A stretch of 64,000 nucleotides of DNA from Minisyncoccota bacterium (GTDB lineage: Bacteria > Patescibacteriota > Minisyncoccia > Phycocordibacterales > UBA9973). A program made the translations under genes and the position numbers. This document shows, piece after piece, positions 43,280 to 52,364 of the stretch. Position 1 is the stretch's first letter. Every line of letters begins with the position of its first letter. The notes below the pieces were generated by a model. It worked only from the letters and a program-made list of their open reading frames with translations, ran no database searches and was not told where the DNA came from. The stretch lies in NCBI GenBank assembly GCA_041657885.1, contig JBBABB010000001.1, positions 65,094-129,093 of the forward strand, given 5' to 3'.

Positions 43280-43720
43280 TTAATAAATTGTAAATGACCC
43301 ACAAACAGCTTCACCTGAGACATCATTGTGGTTAAGAAATCGCATGTGCTCCCCATCGTGGAATATATATTCCGTATAACTCGAGGGGGATTCAAGAAAA
43401 TGTGTGGGATATTTCCCTGGTCCTCCACAATTTGCAGTCACAACTTTCCACGTTTTCCCGTACTTGTCTCGTAATTCAGAACCTTCTTGTAATTTCTGAA
43501 ACTCTGTTTGACTAATAATACAGCCAGTTTGATTATTACTTGAAGTGACCTGAATTTTGCAAACTGTCTCATCTTCATAGTGAAAAACAAGTTCATGTTT
43601 TTCACTATCGTATGTTATTGCAGTTATTCTTTGGCTTTTAAAGGCGCACATTCTCAAGAGGGCATCACCAACAAATTCGTTGTATTCCTTGCCGAAAGGA
43701 ATTTCTACTTGTGTTATCAT
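43280..43720 (-). CDS. Hypothetical protein (cassette)
   Basis: 146-aa ORF whose promoter abuts arm B at 43789. Confidence 0.55.
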   Translation of the reverse strand: MITQVEIPFGKEYNEFVGDALLRMCAFKSQRITAITYDSEKHELVFHYEDETVCKIQVTSSNNQTGCIISQTEFQKLQEGSELRDKYGKTWKVVTANCGGPGKYPTHFLESPSSYTEYIFHDGEHMRFLNHNDVSGEAVCGSFTIY

Positions 43721-43788
43721 CTTATTTATTTTTAAAGGTTTTTACTATTTTCTTTACATTACTACTTTCGCAATGAATTATCAATCTA

Positions 43789-43878
43789 GGTTCGAACTTC
43801 TACTAAGGTAGGAAAAATAACCATTATAAAATATGGTTCAAAATTTTGCTCCACGTAGTATACCAGGTTAGAACCTAT
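43789..43878 (+). repeat. Composite att site: arm B (59 bp) + GCTCC core + A-type arm of the integrated element
   Basis: GGTTCGAACTTCTACTAAGGTAGGAAAAATAA-hairpin-TTGCTCC-N14-GTTAGAACC. Confidence 0.8.
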
Positions 43879-44258
43879 TTTCAAGCTAATCCAGGATATG
43901 TTTTTATACCAAAGCTATCCCTAGAGTCAGTACAGATAGCATAGTATTTTCAGTTCTATCCCGTACAGTCCCGTTACGTACATACCAACAGTAGCACCCT
44001 TGCAACTTTTGACATAGGCGTGGCTTGTTTTGTCAGCCCGATAATTTTTAATACTACACAGGGCTGTATATAATTCTGTTAGCTTCTGGATAACAGTATC
44101 GCTAATTTCAAACAGTATCATTATCGCAACTGTCCTAAAGGGGTGTACCCTTGTCTTTCTTGTACCCATTTTTATGAAAAACTGAAAATAGGTGGTGGGT
44201 ATATTACAGCCGAGTTTTTCGCGCGGCGGGGGGACACCCTCTCCCAGTTGAGGTTTTT

Positions 44259-45527
44259 CTAGGAATCTTTTTTGGGCTCTGGGTTTACTTCGTCTTCTTT
44301 TTTCTTTGTGCCCATTGGAGGCAAAGGCTCCCTTTTTACTTTTGGGAATTTTTTTGGAAAGTGTTTAATACGTAACTTTTCGTGCTTGTCATAAATTGTG
44401 TGTGAAGAACCCCAGTTATCATCTGGTCTTAAGAAACTCTCTCCGTATTCAAACCAAGAGCCATTCTTTGCGCTCCTTATATCAACAAAGATATGGGGAC
44501 ATTGAGCTAGTGGGTCACCGAGATTATCTATCTCAATAATTCTCTCATATGGGATAACCGCTTCGGTTTCAAAGTATGCCCTGTTGGCCTTATCAATCTT
44601 TTGAGAAAACATATATCCTCGATAATGAACGTCGGTTTCATCCTTGGGGTTATTCCAGTAGTCGTCGTGAATGAGTGCCATATTATATTCATTGCTATAG
44701 TCCCATTTCAAAAGCTCCCCAGTTTGAGGGTCAACTTCCTTGTAGGCGTGATATTTGCGAGTAAGAAGTCGAATGCCGTTGTGGTCGTGTCCAACAAACT
44801 GATACTGTTTCCATCTCGGCTTCTTTCTGAAATCCTCTATCTTTTCGCCCATTTTTATATATGGATAACTTTCGGCGTTTATGTCTCTTACCAGTACGGT
44901 AGTGTAACTCTTTTGACCAATTGCACCCAAGTACTTAACGGTCTTCCTCTTCATTGCTAGTCGAGCCGATATTTCTGACTTTATCGTGCGACGACGTATG
45001 ATTAATGAGATACCAAAGTAGGCAAAGAGCAGATGGTCATTCTTCGGAAGAACGAGCATATCTTCCAAATCAGCTCTGCCCCACAAGTAAAATTCTTGCA
45101 CCCCTTTTTGGCTTAATTTCTCTCGAAACAAGTCTCGTGTCTGTTTTGAAAACTCACAAGGTGCAGCAAAGAGTACGCCGTAAGGTACGTCTGCGCCTTT
45201 TGGTATCATTTCTTCAAGATATTTTTCTAACTTGGCAGGAGTAATTGTTTTCTCACGTTTGCACTGTATCTGCCAAAGCCTATCTGGACTGGTTTTCTTT
45301 GCGCTATCTTTCTCTTCCTGTTCATCATCTTCACTTTCTGACTCTTGGTCACCCACAATTTCAAAACCACGAGCATCATAACCATCGTCTGTGCCAAGAC
45401 GTCCTGTCGGCTCCAACAAGCGCCAAGTGCGAAAATCATAAGCTAATTGGCGCACCAAATCTTCAAACCTATGTGGCTCAAGGTCTTGGAAAGGGAGAGG
45501 GTTTAATGTTCGGGTTGTTTTTGCCAT
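44259..45527 (-). CDS. Restriction endonuclease-like (PD-(D/E)xK, Mrr-like N-terminal domain) protein
   Basis: RFEDLVRQL, GTDDGYD, IQCKR. Confidence 0.7.
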   Translation of the reverse strand: MAKTTRTLNPLPFQDLEPHRFEDLVRQLAYDFRTWRLLEPTGRLGTDDGYDARGFEIVGDQESESEDDEQEEKDSAKKTSPDRLWQIQCKREKTITPAKLEKYLEEMIPKGADVPYGVLFAAPCEFSKQTRDLFREKLSQKGVQEFYLWGRADLEDMLVLPKNDHLLFAYFGISLIIRRRTIKSEISARLAMKRKTVKYLGAIGQKSYTTVLVRDINAESYPYIKMGEKIEDFRKKPRWKQYQFVGHDHNGIRLLTRKYHAYKEVDPQTGELLKWDYSNEYNMALIHDDYWNNPKDETDVHYRGYMFSQKIDKANRAYFETEAVIPYERIIEIDNLGDPLAQCPHIFVDIRSAKNGSWFEYGESFLRPDDNWGSSHTIYDKHEKLRIKHFPKKFPKVKREPLPPMGTKKKEDEVNPEPKKDS

Positions 45528-45528
45528 T

Positions 45529-47379
45529 TCAGGTTATTTTCTTTTTTATCAACTTAACAATGTCATAAAGCCCCTTCAATTCTCCTTTTAGTATTGAGGC
45601 ATCTATGTTTAGCTTTTTGAAAGAATCAGCAATTTTAACAGAGAGATTGTGCTTTACGTCATCGGTAAAACTAATACCCTCGGCTTCATAGTGTTTTACA
45701 ACCTGTTGCATTACTGGAGTTTTGAGACTAAGTATTTTTGAAAAAGATGATTTATACTGCCTGCCAATCTCGTTAGCAGCATCTTCTACAAGTTTGAGCG
45801 GTAATAAATCTTCCATCGTTTCTGCGCCACTTTTTACAGCAACACTTAAAATCTCTTTATTTACAAGTACTTTCTTCTTTTTGTTGGCCACGATTGCGTT
45901 TTTCCCTTCGGTGTCGTTGTCGAACAATGCTATCACATCTAAGCCGTTGTTTTTTAACATATTAGCGTAGTATAGGATTTTCGATGCACCGTGAGCTGGA
46001 ATAAACACTGATGAGTTGAGATTTATTGAAAACTTGAAACTTTTGAGTTTGTTTATGAACTCAAGCAATACCATTTTATCGAGTAAGCCCTCAACAAGGA
46101 TATTTTTCTCTGCAATAGGAGCGACATCAGATAATGCAAAACCAAGAGAGTTTCGCAAAAGTTCGTCTTGAAAAATATCTTTTTTACTTAATCTATTCAC
46201 TATATCAGTATCGTCGTCTGGTCTTCGAATAAGGCGCACACGCTCTGGATATTCTTTGCTAATCATAAAAGGCGTGTGTGTCGAATAAACTATTTGATTA
46301 TGTTCCGATAGTTCTTCCAGTCGTTCTAGCAAATCTTTTTGTCCACCAGGGTGTAGCTTATCGCCTGGCTGGTCAAAAAGAATGATATTATTTTTTAGCG
46401 TTTGTAATTTCGAGCGAAAATTTATTAGAAACGTGAGATACCACTGCAAACCTTCACTACGCTTTTTGGGGTCAATCTGATAACCTTTTTCCTCAACCAG
46501 AATTTCTATAAATGCCTCTTTGTAATGCATCGTTAATTTTATATTCTTTCTCTGTTTCCAGGTATTATTTATAACCTTTGTTACTTTACGAGAAATGTCA
46601 GTAAGAAAGTTGTGTATATAAACGCTGTCTCTATTAGTAAAGTGTGAAGCAATTTTATCTTCTTCAATACCTCCTAAGCGAAAAAGATTTACAACGGATG
46701 AATACTGTTCTTTGATTACGTGAAAAGAAATCGGTACATCTTTGGGAATGTAATACTCATCTGAATATTTCCACAGAAAAACACTTGGAAGAGCATCAAA
46801 AATTATTTCTGATATCTTTTTGTATAGCAGGTCATCTCGTTCTTTTTTTTCTACCTTCTGCAACTTTTTATCTCGGAAGAGCTTTGTATTTTTATGATAT
46901 GTTATTGGCGAAGATGTCCAGTTATTAGGCGCGAGCGATATTGTATTCCCATTCTTTGTCTGTAATTTTTGCTCTACTTCTGAAATGTTTTTATAAATCT
47001 CAACATATTGAAAACCCTGTCCGTTTGGCGTGTCGAGGTAGGTTTCGTCCTCATCGTTACCTTCACGCGTTATTGTGATTCGGTTGTGTTTTTCAAAAAA
47101 ACGAGCGTAACGTTTAAGTTTATCTAGAAGCTCTTCCGACAGCTCAAACTCGTAAATGACATTTGGGAGATAGTTTTTGCGTGAGTATTCGGAGTTTATT
47201 TTTGTGTCAGACTCCGTAAGTTCTTTGTCGGCATCAAGAAACTCAATAGCCTCAAGTAAATTAGTCTTGCCACTCTCATTTGCTCCTACAAGAACAGTTA
47301 TTTTTTCGTCAACATCTAAGCTGTCATCATTGATGGTTCTAAAACTCTGGCATCGGATTGATTTTAATGTTAGTTGCAT
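45529..47379 (-). CDS. OLD-family ATP-dependent endonuclease (ABC ATPase + TOPRIM)
   Basis: GANESGKT, RSEG signature, ILFDQP..LHP, STHTP, ILVEG..D, FDND. Confidence 0.8.
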   Translation of the reverse strand: MQLTLKSIRCQSFRTINDDSLDVDEKITVLVGANESGKTNLLEAIEFLDADKELTESDTKINSEYSRKNYLPNVIYEFELSEELLDKLKRYARFFEKHNRITITREGNDEDETYLDTPNGQGFQYVEIYKNISEVEQKLQTKNGNTISLAPNNWTSSPITYHKNTKLFRDKKLQKVEKKERDDLLYKKISEIIFDALPSVFLWKYSDEYYIPKDVPISFHVIKEQYSSVVNLFRLGGIEEDKIASHFTNRDSVYIHNFLTDISRKVTKVINNTWKQRKNIKLTMHYKEAFIEILVEEKGYQIDPKKRSEGLQWYLTFLINFRSKLQTLKNNIILFDQPGDKLHPGGQKDLLERLEELSEHNQIVYSTHTPFMISKEYPERVRLIRRPDDDTDIVNRLSKKDIFQDELLRNSLGFALSDVAPIAEKNILVEGLLDKMVLLEFINKLKSFKFSINLNSSVFIPAHGASKILYYANMLKNNGLDVIALFDNDTEGKNAIVANKKKKVLVNKEILSVAVKSGAETMEDLLPLKLVEDAANEIGRQYKSSFSKILSLKTPVMQQVVKHYEAEGISFTDDVKHNLSVKIADSFKKLNIDASILKGELKGLYDIVKLIKKKIT

Positions 47380-47410
47380 ATCATTATCATTGTTATTTTA
47401 TTACGACTCA

Positions 47411-47593
47411 CTACTTATGTTTGGATTTTTCTGCGAGTCTTCCGCGCTTGAGGAAATCTTTTATATCCTTATCAGTGAATCGCCACTTGCCCTGTTTCGA
47501 CCCGCTTAATTTTTTATCTTTCAAATAGCGGAAGATTTGCCGTTCAGAACATTTTAGAAGTTTTGCCACTTCTTCGATGGTGTATATTTTCAT
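47411..47593 (-). CDS. HTH_17/excisionase-like DNA-binding protein
   Basis: YTIEEVAKLLK.SERQI.R..K...G.K.GKWRF. Confidence 0.8.
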   Translation of the reverse strand: MKIYTIEEVAKLLKCSERQIFRYLKDKKLSGSKQGKWRFTDKDIKDFLKRGRLAEKSKHK

Positions 47594-48002
47594 AAATTTA
47601 ATTGTATCTCTTTTGCGCAAATTGGTCAACTTTTGTCATACTGAATTTTTAACTGTGGATAACGTTTTTGTCTTTGCATAACTCTAAATAACACGACATA
47701 ACGCAACTCCTTATAATTTTCATTGACTAAAAACTCTGATAAATTATAATTAAATTAGCTCTTGAAAAATTAAAGCAAAAAGCAACAAATTGTTTGAGGT
47801 ACAAGTCGCTGGGGCTCTTCTAGAGGAGACTAGAGATATTTCTTAAATAGTTTAGCGCAGTAGTATCTCTGCCCATAAGGTAAAGAGGAACTACCATTTC
47901 AGAATCCAGTTTTATTTTGTGGATTTTGAAATGGGAGCTATCTCTTACAACAAAGAACCGCAAAATAAAAAGTGCGATTTTTTGCTTTTTAATGGCGGTA
48001 AT

Positions 48003-48083
48003 CTACTGGGTTTGACGAAGTCCGTTGTTGACTTCGTGGGTCGCCATCCCAGTGGAACCTGCGAGGTCAAGAGCGGACTTTTT
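48003..48083 (+). promoter_or_regulatory. Attenuator-like leader with alternative structures
   Basis: 48018-48041 can pair with 48057-48080 (followed by T run) or be held within the 48003-48055 hairpin. Confidence 0.55.
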
Positions 48084-48275
48084 ATGTTATCGCAAAAAGC
48101 GCTCGAAGAATTTAAGACTATCTGGAGCAAAGAATTCGGAGAAGAAATCTCCGACGAATTTGCGACTGAGCAAGCAATAAATTTGCTAGTGCTTTTTAAT
48201 GCGACGTATAAGTCCATTAAAAACGAATGGATAAAACAATACGACGATGAAAAATCAAAAAATACCACCATATAA
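48084..48275 (+). CDS. Small hypothetical element protein (MLSQKALEEFK...)
   Basis: ATG directly after the leader; overlaps the next gene. Confidence 0.6.
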   Translation: MLSQKALEEFKTIWSKEFGEEISDEFATEQAINLLVLFNATYKSIKNEWIKQYDDEKSKNTTI

Positions 48276-49077
48276 CACAATTCCGCACTATATTGTGTCG
48301 GATTATCGTAGCGGGAAATTGAATATCAACCAGCTTCGCTTGCTTCAGTGGATACGTGCGATAGGGACACCATACGGGATTGCCATTACGAGCTTGGTTG
48401 ATTTGAACAACGATGTCTTTCCCGACTTGGAGTTGAAAATTAACACAATCAACTCATACCTTATCAAACTCCGTCAGGAGCAATATATCTTTTTTGAACC
48501 ACGACAGGGCAAAATAGGAACTTTTGAAATACATCTCAATCATTGGTTGACACCTAAGATGGGCTATAAAACGCTTGATAAGTTCTTCCCCGAACCAAAA
48601 CGATGGGTAGGCGCGGACGGAGAACCAATAGGGGTCAATTCTTTTCCACAAGCAAATCCATCAGAAGTCAGTCAGAAGTTGGGGGAGGAAAATCAGAAGT
48701 TGGAAGATATAAAAAACAAGTTAGCAAAACAATTTTCTGGCTACACACCAGAAGACAAAATCAGAAGTCCCCACAACGAACACGATACCGAACATCACAT
48801 TGAAAATCACGATACGTTAATAAAATCTTCTTTTAAGGGAACGTTGGTGAGAGAATTCAATCCGAAGAACTACGAAGAACAGCGATGTAAAGAAATAGTT
48901 TCAGAACTCGGGGATAAGTTTATGAATTCAATCTTAAGTGTCTTGCGAAAAGACGGATTCCGACGTATAGAACAAGCGTGGGGTATTTTTCGAGAGCATA
49001 GAGAGGAAGGTAAAAAAATGGATAATCCCGCAGGATATTTTCAGGGCATTATTAAGAAACTACGAGAAAACCGATGA
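48247..49077 (+). CDS. Putative replication initiator (winged HTH plus C-terminal NPAGYF domain)
   Basis: HTH-like N-terminus; C-terminal ..NPAGYF.GI typical of phage/plasmid Rep tails (inference). Confidence 0.5.
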   Translation: MKNQKIPPYNTIPHYIVSDYRSGKLNINQLRLLQWIRAIGTPYGIAITSLVDLNNDVFPDLELKINTINSYLIKLRQEQYIFFEPRQGKIGTFEIHLNHWLTPKMGYKTLDKFFPEPKRWVGADGEPIGVNSFPQANPSEVSQKLGEENQKLEDIKNKLAKQFSGYTPEDKIRSPHNEHDTEHHIENHDTLIKSSFKGTLVREFNPKNYEEQRCKEIVSELGDKFMNSILSVLRKDGFRRIEQAWGIFREHREEGKKMDNPAGYFQGIIKKLRENR

Positions 49078-49110
49078 AAACGACACATTCACAATTTAGC
49101 ACTTTTACAC

Positions 49111-49240
49111 TTGTCAGGGATTGTCAGGGTGCTATAATGATAGCGTACCCCAATATGTTTGCTTTTCAGTGGAAAGCGGCACCTTGCTGCCAATTGCTGA
49201 AAAGCGTATTGGGGTACCAGCGGGTGTCGCTTTGCGTTTT
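49111..49240 (+). promoter_or_regulatory. Promoter plus structured leader/ncRNA with loop-downstream pairing
   Basis: TTGTCA-N16-TATAAT; GTACCCCAATA/TATTGGGGTAC stem; AAAGCGGCACCT/GGGTGTCGCTTT. Confidence 0.55.
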
Positions 49241-49292
49241 GTATAAATTATTTATTAAAAGGTCGCGAGTAAGATTAAATTAGCCAAAATTT

Positions 49293-49847
49293 ATGAAGAA
49301 AATTATTTCAATCGTTTCTATCATTGTAATTATTACCGTTCTTTCGTTTGCATTACCAAGTCAAACTTACGCAGTGTGGTGGAATCCATTTTCGTGGTCT
49401 TCTGAAAACAAACAAGCGGAAGAACAAGAACAGCCGCCAACAACTGACCAGAATACCGAGGAAACGGAGAAGCAAAACACGATTGCTCCATTTAATAATA
49501 TTCCATCGTCTGATGCAGAGACAATCGAGGCGTTGAAAATAGAAGTCGCAACACTCAAGACCAGTTTGGATAATTTATATAAAGCTCATAACAGCCTAGT
49601 GGAAGACCACAATGTTCTACTTAAATACGTAAATGCAACGGTTTCGCCCAGCAAGAGTGTTAGTGTAATAACCGATAATTCTAGTCTTGAGAAAAAAGTT
49701 ACCGATTTAGAAAATAAACTCTACAATGTTTGTCGACGGACATTCAGTTCCCTGGGTGGGCTTGGTAGAGACAACTGTCCGTCGTCTGGACTTCTTGGAA
49801 CGGAAGCTCTTGAGAGTAGAATCAAAAAACTTGAAGGAGGATATTAA
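49293..49847 (+). CDS. Exported coiled-coil protein with WWNPFSW motif
   Basis: Signal peptide followed by WWNPFSW and a coiled coil. Confidence 0.65.
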   Translation: MKKIISIVSIIVIITVLSFALPSQTYAVWWNPFSWSSENKQAEEQEQPPTTDQNTEETEKQNTIAPFNNIPSSDAETIEALKIEVATLKTSLDNLYKAHNSLVEDHNVLLKYVNATVSPSKSVSVITDNSSLEKKVTDLENKLYNVCRRTFSSLGGLGRDNCPSSGLLGTEALESRIKKLEGGY

Positions 49848-49864
49848 AATTAGCAAACTACTAT

Positions 49865-50749
49865 ATGAACCAATTTTTAATCTTAATAGGAATCCTTGTA
49901 GGATTAGGGATAATTGTCTCTGTATTGGAAAGTAAAAATAAATATATAAAACGGACTGGTGAAATCGTGTTTGGAACGATAGCGACTGTGATTTTAAGTG
50001 GTATGGTGACTTTGCTTGTTATGGGGGCGCTTATTTTAACCCTTGGGGCATTCGTTTGGATTTTGGCTTTCGTATTTGATTTGCTAAATTTGCCTCCTGG
50101 ATTCGAGGATGGGGTATTTTCTCTGCTCCGCCCTGCTTTTTTCTGGGCGAACGATGACTATATTAAGCCGACTCTCTTCGTTCTGTGGGTAATTATCCTT
50201 TTCGTTGGTTTCAAGGGAGATTGGGTGAAAAAGAAACTCGCTTGGGTACTATATCGGAAAAGGGCGACACCCGAACCAGAAAAATCACAGCAAGAATTAC
50301 CAAAAATGAAAAAGGAGGAAACTGTGTTGGATTATTTTCATCGCATACAATCAATAAAAAATAAAGATAGTAAAGACCGAGAGAAAAAACCACGGAAGGA
50401 GCCATCTTCATCACCAAAGAGATTATTGATTCCCTTGAGCAACTCGGCAGAGGAAGCTTTGGCGGCGGTAAAAGCTCATTTGTTAGACAACCATAAAACA
50501 AAGGGGAACGAAGAAGAATTTGAAGTCCAGGTACGGCTACCACGGGAGACGTATGAACCACAGGAGAAACAGCAGCAGTCGTCTTCGAATCTGTTATCGG
50601 AGAGTTCGGACGAAGAAATAGAATTAGTAGAAGGAGATTCGAAAATCAAAGCGTTTCAATTAGGCTCTCCATTTCAAAAGACCAAAGAGGAAAAAGAACT
50701 ACCCACAAAAAATAATAATCAACCATCACAAAACAATGAAAAAAATTGA
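49865..50749 (+). CDS. Membrane protein with charged C-terminal tail
   Basis: Three or four TM helices followed by a polar region. Confidence 0.6.
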   Translation: MNQFLILIGILVGLGIIVSVLESKNKYIKRTGEIVFGTIATVILSGMVTLLVMGALILTLGAFVWILAFVFDLLNLPPGFEDGVFSLLRPAFFWANDDYIKPTLFVLWVIILFVGFKGDWVKKKLAWVLYRKRATPEPEKSQQELPKMKKEETVLDYFHRIQSIKNKDSKDREKKPRKEPSSSPKRLLIPLSNSAEEALAAVKAHLLDNHKTKGNEEEFEVQVRLPRETYEPQEKQQQSSSNLLSESSDEEIELVEGDSKIKAFQLGSPFQKTKEEKELPTKNNNQPSQNNEKN

Positions 50750-52364
50750 AGACAAAAAAATTAAATACTTTTTGTATGCACGAAAATCGAGTGAGTCGGA
50801 AGAGCGCCAAGCGGCATCGATTGAAGACCAAATCAAAGAATTAACGAGAATTGCGAAAGATTTTAATTTGGAGATTATAGAAATATTTACAGAGTCGCAG
50901 TCAGCTAAAGCGCCTGGTCGCACAGTGTTCAACGAAATGATTAGACGTCTCTATGCTGGAGAAGCAAATGGCGTTTTGTGTTGGAAGCTGGATAGACTTG
51001 CTAGAAATTTTATAGATGGCGGTGCCATCATTGACCTGCTTCAAAGCGGAAAGATGCAAAGTATCCGAACCCACGAGAAATTTTATCTTCCATCAGACAA
51101 TGTGCTAATGATGGCGATGGAGTTTGGAATGGCAAATCAATTTGTTCGAGACCTTTCGGTGAATGTGAAGCGCGGTCTTAAAAACAAAGCAGAGAAGGGT
51201 TGGCTACCTGGCATTGCTCCAATTGGATATCAAAGCACTCCTGACCGAGAAAAAGGATTCAAGGAAATAGAAATTGACCCTGAGCGCTTTCCGCTTGTTC
51301 GTCGAATCTTTGATTTAATGCTCACGGGAAATTATACTGCTCCGCAGATATGGAAGATGACAAAAGAATGGAATCTAACAACCATCAAGCGAAAGAAAAT
51401 CGGCGGTCATCATCTCTCAAAGAGTGGAATCTACGCTCTTCTCGCAAATCCTTTCTATTATGGACGCTTCGAATATCCTGTCGGTAGCGGAAATTGGATA
51501 CAAGGAAAACACAAGCCGATGATTGAGGAAGAAGAATTTAATCATATTCAGAGAATGCTAGGAAAGAAAGGTAAGCCGTGTCCCAAGACTCACCTTTTCG
51601 CTTTTACAGGAATGATGCGTTGCGGTTTTTGTGGAAGTTCTATTACTGCTGAAACAAAAACGAAGAGACAGAAAAATGGAAATGTTCACGAATACATTTA
51701 TTATCATTGCACTAAAAGAAAAAATGAAGCTTGTGTAGAAAAATCTGTGGAAGTAAAAAACCTTAATGCGCAAATAGATGAACTTTTATCTCGCATCACT
51801 ATTTCCGAGGGGTTCAAGGAATGGGCAATAAAATATCTACACGAAATAAGAGAAAGCGAAGCTGAAAGCCAGGAAACAATTCTTAAAAACAAAAATAAGG
51901 AACTCGAGTCGGTAAATACCCATTTATCTAAGCTCATACTCGACTACACTTCTGCTGAAAATACTGATGGAGGTATTATGTCTGCTGACGAACTCAAAGC
52001 AGTAAAGGGAGGCTTGCAGAAGCGTAAAATTGCCCTTGAGGAAGAATTAACGAAAGTAAATATAGAAAAGGACAAGTGGTTAGAATTGAGCGAGAAAACA
52101 TTTAATTTTGCAAGATACGCTCGTAGTTGGTTTGAACAAGGCAATAACGATACCAAAAAATCTATACTAAACTGTCTTGGTTCGAACCTCATCATAAAAG
52201 ACCAAAAACTCAATGTTTTACTGCATCCTTTCTTCTTGAGTATCTTTGAAGAGAAAGATAAGGTGGAAGCAAATTTTGCTTCTGCTCGAACCTCCAAAAA
52301 CCTTTTATCTGAAAGACAAAAAGTTAATTTAGACCCAAAATACAAAACATTGCTCCGTGGGTAG
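50736..52364 (+). CDS. Large serine recombinase (integrase)
   Basis: YARKSSE catalytic Ser, WKLDRLARN, recombinase domain (NPFYYG, HKPMI), zinc ribbon CGFC..YYHC, coiled coil; ends inside tRNA-Asn. Confidence 0.93.
   Translation: MKKIEDKKIKYFLYARKSSESEERQAASIEDQIKELTRIAKDFNLEIIEIFTESQSAKAPGRTVFNEMIRRLYAGEANGVLCWKLDRLARNFIDGGAIIDLLQSGKMQSIRTHEKFYLPSDNVLMMAMEFGMANQFVRDLSVNVKRGLKNKAEKGWLPGIAPIGYQSTPDREKGFKEIEIDPERFPLVRRIFDLMLTGNYTAPQIWKMTKEWNLTTIKRKKIGGHHLSKSGIYALLANPFYYGRFEYPVGSGNWIQGKHKPMIEEEEFNHIQRMLGKKGKPCPKTHLFAFTGMMRCGFCGSSITAETKTKRQKNGNVHEYIYYHCTKRKNEACVEKSVEVKNLNAQIDELLSRITISEGFKEWAIKYLHEIRESEAESQETILKNKNKELESVNTHLSKLILDYTSAENTDGGIMSADELKAVKGGLQKRKIALEEELTKVNIEKDKWLELSEKTFNFARYARSWFEQGNNDTKKSILNCLGSNLIIKDQKLNVLLHPFFLSIFEEKDKVEANFASARTSKNLLSERQKVNLDPKYKTLLRG

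Larger units (their letters stand above)
40019..52356. mobile_element. Composite genomic island accreted at the tRNA-Asn 3' end (two cassette modules plus the recombinase element)
   Basis: GCTCC cores at 40019, 41216, 43848, 52352 in the same orientation; the distal site restores tRNA CCA plus terminator. Confidence 0.7.
43846..52356. mobile_element. Integrative element (~8.5 kb) with large serine recombinase, HTH excisionase-like gene, replication-initiator-like gene and defence cargo
   Basis: TTGCTCC direct repeat at 43846 and 52350 (tRNA-Asn 3' end); gene content. Confidence 0.85.

Noticed and set aside
44095-44255. Possible oriT/oriV of the element (GGGTGTACCC palindrome, GC-rich patch)
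   Set aside because: No iterons or recognisable nick site; insufficient support
44259-47379. Gabija or type II restriction-modification system
   Set aside because: No UvrD helicase and no DNA methyltransferase adjacent
47919-48083. N-terminal extension of the 118-aa ORF
   Set aside because: Region is better explained as a structured leader; ATG at 48084 preferred
43846-52356. Prophage or conjugative element
   Set aside because: No recognisable capsid, terminase, relaxase or T4SS genes
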